Positions 57,060-64,000 of a stretch of 64,000 bases of DNA are shown here, one piece after another. The stretch's first letter is position 1, and each line of letters starts with the position of its first letter. The DNA is taken from assembly GCA_964016885.1 (NCBI GenBank), contig OZ024740.1, positions 226,858,001-226,922,000 of the forward strand, given 5' to 3'. A program made the translations under genes and the position numbers. Below the pieces are notes generated by a model, which ran no database searches, was not told where the DNA came from, and saw nothing but the letters and a program-made list of their open reading frames with translations. The DNA is from Eledone cirrhosa. Taxonomy: Eukaryota.

Positions 57060-57330
57060 TAATAATTGTTTCTACTATTGGCACAAGGCCAGCAATTATT
57101 CCAGTGCATTACTGGTACTTTATTTTATCGACCCCCGTAAGGATGAAAGACAAAGTTAACCTCGGCGGGATTTGAACTCAGACCATAAAGGGGCATAACT
57201 CTATACTGGAAAGCATGGCATCCGACCCTTTACCGATACTGCCAATCCACCTAATAATAATGATTTCTACTATAGGCATAACTCCTATGTTGCAAAGCAT
57301 GGTGTCTGACACTCTACTGATATTGCCAAT
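57060..57330 (-). mobile_element. SINE (57060-57252) plus internally deleted copy
   Basis: Family motifs. Confidence 0.88.
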
Positions 57331-58341
57331 AATAACAAATTGAAATATATGGAATTCCTCCAAATTATTGATTATTTTCAAAATCATAGTATCTTTCTTT
57401 AAGAACATGGTAAAGAAACGGTTAAATTGTGCTGCAGAATAAATCTACCAACCAAGTAAATATTACAGAATGATTTGAACTCCGGACATAATGAGAGAGA
57501 ATATCACAAGACACTAATACTGTAGACTGGTAATATATTTTGACAAGCCTGAAAGGATGACAGGCAAATATAATTCAATGTCTAAAGATTCTGACTATTA
57601 AACCTTTCGATGCCAAATGACCTGAAACAGCCCCTGAATTCTATGATACATGGCTGTAAATTTTAAAATGATTATATTTATTCAAAACCCTTCTATTATA
57701 TTTCATGTAAGAACAATTAAATTCTGTCCCAAACACCAGCATGATAATAAGAAAGTTAGTTATATTACTAAACCATTCCGAATTCTTGGCTATTTTCAAA
57801 ATTATTTGAAAATCTTAGGCAGTGTCTATCATTAGAAATATGGTAATGAAAAGGTTAATTACTAATATCCATATGGGTCACATGATTGCTATGAGTCATG
57901 TCAATGATCACTTCAGCCAGTTCAGTTGTTAGTGGTAGTAGCAGAAGTGGGGAATGGCAAATAACTTTTCTGTTGCATATAACTTTCTATTCACCCAATT
58001 TAGGCATCAATATTTGGAGTACATATTTCTAAGTGTCATTTATTCTACTGATATGTATGTACATATGTTTAGATATACATACACACACAAACATATATAT
58101 ATAAAGGTCCATGTCTTAGTAGTTAGAGCATTGAGCTTACGGACCTGGCTGTGTGTCCTTGAGGAAGACACTTTATTTCATGTTGATCCAGTGCACTTAG
58201 CTGTAGAAATGAATTGCAACATTGCTGTTGCCAGAGGGGAAACTGGGTTGCAGGGGTGACTGCTTGTTTTCCACAAACAACCTTACCCAGATTTGTGCAT
58301 CAGCAGGGAAATTTCTGGATGCAAATCCCATGGTCTTTACC

Positions 58342-58372
<31 letters not shown>

Positions 58373-58375
<3 letters not shown>

Positions 58376-58641
58376 TCATCATCATCATCACTATCATCAT
58401 CATCATTTTACGTTCGCTTTTCCCTACTTGCAAGGGTGGAATGGGTCTTATTCAGCACAGCATCTCCCCATTCATCACGGTCCTTCCTCATCTCCTCTGT
58501 GAGCTTCAGTGATATGAGATCAGCTCTCACCACCTCTGCCCATGATTTTCGTAATCTTCCTCTACTGCATCTTCCTTCCACTGGGATTTCTTGGCACTTC
58601 TTTACCCAGCAGTCATCCTCCATGCACATCACATGTCCATA
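58373..58641 (-). mobile_element. 5'-truncated RTE LINE 3' end (second family)
   Basis: GHVMCMEDDCWVKKC...RGRLRKSWAEVVRADL...DRDEW; (GAT)n tail. Confidence 0.88.
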
Positions 58642-58818
58642 ACATATATATATTTATGTATAACCATGCACACATACATATTTATACAGATGATTATACA
58701 TAATTGTATGTACACCCATATATATATATATATCAATCAGGCTGGATTCAGTTTGAAACTGATTAGACCATTACTCAACAGAGTACGCGATACTTGGGGT
58801 AGTAGAGTATGGTTATTT

Positions 58819-58920
58819 TATAAAGAGTAGTGACCTGATGGCTGAGGTCTTGCCATTTCAACAGCTAGTTCCAGCTTTTGAAATGGCAAGAGCTCACCCA
58901 TTGGGTTCCAACTCTTTATA
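58819..58920. mobile_element. Hairpin (fully palindromic) MITE-like element
   Basis: tataaagagt/actctttata ends; perfect inner 14-bp arms 58848-61 / 58878-91; half copies at about 1201-1245 and 51680-51725. Confidence 0.75.
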
Positions 58921-58927
58921 TATATTA

Positions 58928-59538
58928 CTAGCCGAATTACCTGCGCCTTGCTGCGTTTCACACATTTTTTTTTTTTTGTAAGAAAATGATGATTGATTTT
59001 AAATCTGATATAATTTATGGAGAAAAACTTTGCATTTCAATATTACTCAATGTAAAATGTAATGCATGAAAAATTGGAAAACATTATTTTTTGTAATATA
59101 TAAAATCAAAATTACATTATTAAATCTTATTCATATTTTGTTTCTCGTAAATAATATTTTTCAAAATATCAATTCAAAACTAGATCATTTCATTTTTTTG
59201 TTGATTTATGTTTAATTAATAGAAAACTCCCGTAATAATAGAGGTTCCAATACTCAAGTTAAAGGGCTTCCAAAGTGTTCACTATAGGCGGTTTAACCCC
59301 CATTAGGGTGCCATAATATTATTGAAATTTGTGAATAAGCATCATATCTTGTCATTTATCTATGGTTTAAATTTCATATAAATCGAAGGAAAAAAATTTT
59401 CAGTGGGGGTTTGTGCCCCCGGGGAACCCTTTAATTAAAATGAATATCCAGGTACCCTAGGCAATGTATTTTCAGAATATATATGGTCTATCTACAAAAC
59501 CATAGGAGGAGTTTGTGAACAAACAAACAGGAACTACA

Positions 59539-59545
<7 letters not shown>
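58928..59545 (-). mobile_element. Non-autonomous Helitron-like element
   Basis: Minus 3' end: GC-rich degenerate hairpin then CTAG|T at 58931-28; the other end runs into (TA)n. Confidence 0.6.
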
Positions 59546-59625
<80 letters not shown>

Positions 59626-59684
59626 GTGTGTGTGTGTGTGTGAAGCATAGATTATGTGAAAAATAAGCACATGTGTATTCATGA

Positions 59685-59759
<75 letters not shown>

Positions 59760-60033
59760 TAAAAACACATGTATACTTAAAGAATGGTAAATGTATAAAT
59801 ATAGACATCTGCACACGCATATACATTAGAATAATACAACAAAGTATCACTTTGTGCATAAATGCTTTTATTTTGTATGAAATAGAGTAAGGCCAGCAGA
59901 TTTTAGAACATTTGAATTGGAGGAAAAACTATCAACTTTATGTGTACGATCTATGTTTAGGATTTCAAAGTACATTTTTATATGGGATTTTCAAAGATTT
60001 AAGTATGCGCTTATATATGTTTATATACATATA

Positions 60034-60213
<180 letters not shown>

Positions 60214-60221
60214 TTATATAT

Positions 60222-60274
<53 letters not shown>

Positions 60275-60281
60275 TCATATA

Positions 60282-60323
<42 letters not shown>

Positions 60324-60696
60324 ATATATGTGTATGTGTATGTATGGATGTATATATGTGTGTTTATGTGTGAATGTGTATATAAGTGTATATATATGTA
60401 TGTGTGTATTTGGCATTCTTGTTTTCAATAGAGTTAAATTCTTCTCTTGCTGGTGGAACATGCATAAAATACTAACAGAGCTTCTAACAAGAGTAAAAAT
60501 CAAAGTGAAAAAACTAAATTACAAAACAAATGAAATAAGATAAATAGATAAAAACATAAGCAAAGCTAACTGTACAGTAGACGTGTTTCATTGGTTAGCT
60601 CTATACAAGTGAAGTGCTATAGATGTTAACTGCTAGTGATGCATGCAGTTGAGGCTGCTAGAAAACGTGACAGCAATGATTGCAGCAGTGTTAGTT

Positions 60697-60702
60697 GTAA
60701 AG

Positions 60703-60774
<72 letters not shown>

Positions 60775-60777
60775 AAG

Positions 60778-60840
<63 letters not shown>

Positions 60841-60843
60841 AAT

Positions 60844-60891
<48 letters not shown>

Positions 60892-60894
60892 AAG

Positions 60895-60944
<50 letters not shown>
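60697..60944. repeat. (AGT)n array with periodic AAAGGT/AAATGT interruptions
   Basis: Direct reading. Confidence 0.95.
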
Positions 60945-61142
60945 TGCAGCAGCAACTACTGCTCAGATGATTTTGCTAGCAGTTGCAACTGCCAGATATC
61001 TAGGTAGAAGTGTTTGCAATTTCACTATTCACATTATACACACAAACAGTTACACATAGATACACACATATATATACTTATATATATATACATATATATA
61101 TATAGTTGATAAATGAAACAAAACAAATGCAATATATATATA

Positions 61143-61609
61143 TCTATCTATCTATCTAAGGCGGGTAAAATTCCCGAGACCCATGGACGAGTTCTCTCCA
61201 GCGGTCTCTGGTCCCTCATTATCGCTGCCATGTCCTGCATCTCCAACAGACCAGTGTCTGTCCTTAGGGCATCAACATACATTAACCTTGGTCTTCCTCT
61301 TCTAGTGTGTCCATGTAGGGGCTCCCAAAGGAGCACTGAGTGCAATGTCAACTCTGGATGTCGGTGAGCATGTCCAGCTAACCTCAGTCTCCTCTGTGTC
61401 ACTTTTGAGCTGACTTTTTGGATGCTCCCATACAGCTCTGAGTTTTTCATCCTCAGTGTATACTGATTAATGTTCAGAGCCATCCTCAGCATTCTCGTGT
61501 AGCACCCATCCACCATCTGAGTGAGTTTCTTGGTCAGTGTCCAAGTCTCAGACCCATACAGCAGCACAGACTCCACTACAGCAATGAAGAGGCGGATTTT
61601 CAGGTCTCT
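61143..61609 (-). mobile_element. 5'-truncated RTE/RTE-X-like LINE with (ATAG)n tail and about 45-bp flanking direct repeat
   Basis: KIRLFIAVVESVLLYGSETW...RRLRLAGH...RGRPRLMYVDAL; direct repeat 61098-61143 / 61613-61658. Confidence 0.92.
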
Positions 61610-61812
61610 ATAATATATAGTTGATAAATGAAACAAAACAAATGCAATATATATATATATATAAAGGATGATCATAATGGTGAGGATTGATACATTATAT
61701 ATATATATAGATAGATAGATATATAGATAGATAGATAGATAATGTATTGGTGTGTGACGTTCAGTTACTGATGTATTGATGTTATATTGGTACTTCGTTC
61801 CTGTTCCTTCTT

Positions 61813-61821
61813 TTTCTTCTT

Positions 61822-61898
<77 letters not shown>

Positions 61899-62119
61899 AT
61901 ATACATTTTTTTATATATACACATACACACACACACATATATATATATATACATATATATATATACATATATATATATATACATATATATATATGTATTA
62001 TATATACATATTATATATATATACATATTATATATATTATATACATATTATATATATATATATATAATATGCATATATATATAATATATACATATATATA
62101 TTATATACATATTATATAT

Positions 62120-62153
<34 letters not shown>

Positions 62154-62217
62154 ATATATATATATATATATAATATATAATTATATATATATATATGTAA
62201 TATATATATATATATAT

Positions 62218-62272
<55 letters not shown>

Positions 62273-62389
62273 AATTATATATATATATAATATATATATT
62301 ATATATATATATATATAATATATATATAATATATATATTATATATATATCAAATGTCTGTATGTTTTGTGTGCCTGTGTATATATATAT

Positions 62390-62424
<35 letters not shown>

Positions 62425-62522
62425 ATATATATATATATAATATATATATAATATATATATATATAATATATATATAATATATATATATATTATATATATA
62501 TATATATTATATATATATATAT
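61813..62522. repeat. Compound (CTT)n-(ATT)n-(TA)n low-complexity block
   Basis: Direct reading. Similar TA/CA/GA tracts at 2025-2930, 3614-3840, 5645-5760, 13147-13340, 18364-18474, 23770-23891, 25485-25710, 26150-26713 and 59543-60330. Confidence 0.95.
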
Positions 62523-62555
62523 TACAGGCACACAAAACATACAGACATTTGATAT
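62346..62555. repeat. 32-bp perfect inverted repeat around a TA-rich spacer
   Basis: 62346-77 / 62524-55. Confidence 0.9.
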
Positions 62556-62880
62556 GTATGTGGGTGGGTGGGGAATTCTGAATATCCACTGAAAGAAAAC
62601 ACCACATTATGGTGATCTAAAGAATTGATGTATCATGCGAAGAACGTTTACTTTGAAAATACATAAAAACTCATATACAGAGATATTAATAACAATTTTT
62701 ATTCATACTTTATTCTACAGGGAAGAATTATGCACCAATAAATATATTCAAAGTCAAAATATTAGTCATAACTCATCAAGTTTATTGCCAGGCAGTTGTC
62801 ATATATGAGCATATATGAAATGATATCATATAAACATATATATATATATACATATATATATATTTACCTGTATATACATA

Positions 62881-62912
<32 letters not shown>

Positions 62913-62972
62913 CCTACATACATATATATATATAATGACCTCCCCATATATACATTCATGAGTGTGTGTGTA

Positions 62973-63337
62973 TCATCATCATCATCATCACCGTTTTACG
63001 TCCGTTCTTCCACGCTAGCATGGGTTAGACGGGTTGTCCTGTTGTGGGCAGTGTCTGGTCGGCTGACCATGCCTTGCTCATACAGGAACTGATCTGGCTT
63101 GATTTCTACAGCTGGATGCCCTTCCTAACACCAACCTCATTTACAGTGAGTGCTGGGTGCTTTTTCGTGGCGCCTACACGTCCACTTTACAGTGTGGGCT
63201 GGGTGCTTTTTTGCCGTGGCACCTCCACGACCACCTTGCGGTGGGGGGGGGGGGGGGCATATTGTTTATATGCTTCAGCATGTACCCATGGGAGGTCGGG
63301 TACCCTGTATTACTGCGTGACGCCAGAAGTCACGGTC

Positions 63338-63340
<3 letters not shown>
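62973..63340 (-). mobile_element. RTE-related 3' UTR or non-autonomous element with (GAT)n tail
   Basis: Shares ctacagctggatgcccttcctaacaccaacc core and tail; near-identical segment at 28466-28570. Confidence 0.8.
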
Positions 63341-63393
<53 letters not shown>

Positions 63394-63576
63394 TTACTTG
63401 CTAGTAAAGATATACCTATGCTCTAAGCGTTCTTTGTTGTTGATTATATTACGGCTCTGTCCTCAGACATCGAGCTAACCTTATACTGCCTATTGGATAA
63501 GTGGAGTGTTACACACTCCTGATCCTCTCCCTTATATACTATATATATATATATATATACATAGGAACAAGTAAGA

Positions 63577-63630
63577 CCCCGACGGCTGAGCTCAAGCCGT
63601 TTCGACGGCTAATTCAGTCCAGAATTAGCC
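63577..63630 (-). ncRNA. 3' half of a hammerhead (stem II, GAAA, stem III, GUC) lacking the CUGANGA box
   Basis: Minus: ggctaattc(tggact)gaattagcc-gtc-GAA-acggct(tgagctc)agccgt-c-gggg; sequence switches at 63631, where CUGANGA would be expected. Confidence 0.55.
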
Positions 63631-63697
63631 TACTACCCTAAGTATTGAGTACTTTGGTGCGTTATGGTCCACCTGGTTCCTTACCACATTTCCTTCG

Positions 63698-63741
<44 letters not shown>

Positions 63742-63789
63742 ACATACATATATATATAATATATGACCTCCCCATATATACATTCATGA

Positions 63790-63825
<36 letters not shown>

Positions 63826-64000
63826 AGAGAGAGAGATATGTATGTATATATTCAGTCCACACCATAAACTGGCCATTGATAGGAAGGGCATCAAGCCATT
63901 GAAAATTTGTCAAACAAAGGACCGGGAAGATACTTCAGGTGTACCAAAGACTTTTCCCCAGTTTTTTGAGTCTTAGATAAAATGCTCTCAGTAAAGCACA

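Noticed and set aside
60636-61007. Poly-Ser ORF with KG interruptions
   Set aside because: (AGT)n microsatellite.

Overview
AT-rich, microsatellite-saturated eukaryotic DNA with no intact long gene. The SINE families, (TA)n/(ATC)n/(AAT)n density and LINE mix look like an octopod cephalopod genome (Octopus-like; inference). Nearly all supplied ORFs are microsatellite artefacts (YIYI, CVCV, poly-T/S/V). Real coding remnants are 5'-truncated non-LTR retrotransposons (RTE, RTE-X-like, R4/Dong with RLE endonuclease, Tx1/L1) and a decayed Tc1/mariner transposase. Also present are many tRNA-derived SINEs, MITEs, a Helitron-like element and Penelope-like ends. Highlights: (1) two complete minimal type-I hammerhead ribozyme folds (45822-45892 +, 31056-31120 -) with the same stem I but different stems II/III that both pair, plus variant and broken relatives; (2) a candidate series of similarly sized (83-89 nt) phase-1 alternative last exons on the minus strand (39939, 35223, 24542, 11636) downstream of a 20-nt microexon candidate, one encoding NPF and DPW motifs; (3) a plus-strand AG|GTAAGT recursive-splice-like site that is also a 51-nt open exon; (4) unusually long direct repeats (about 30-55 bp) flanking RTE-type insertions; (5) several foldback palindromes and serial template-switch scars at (TA)n tracts; (6) nests of unrelated retroelements in (AAT)n tracts. 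The host gene could not be identified, and all exon calls are unvalidated.
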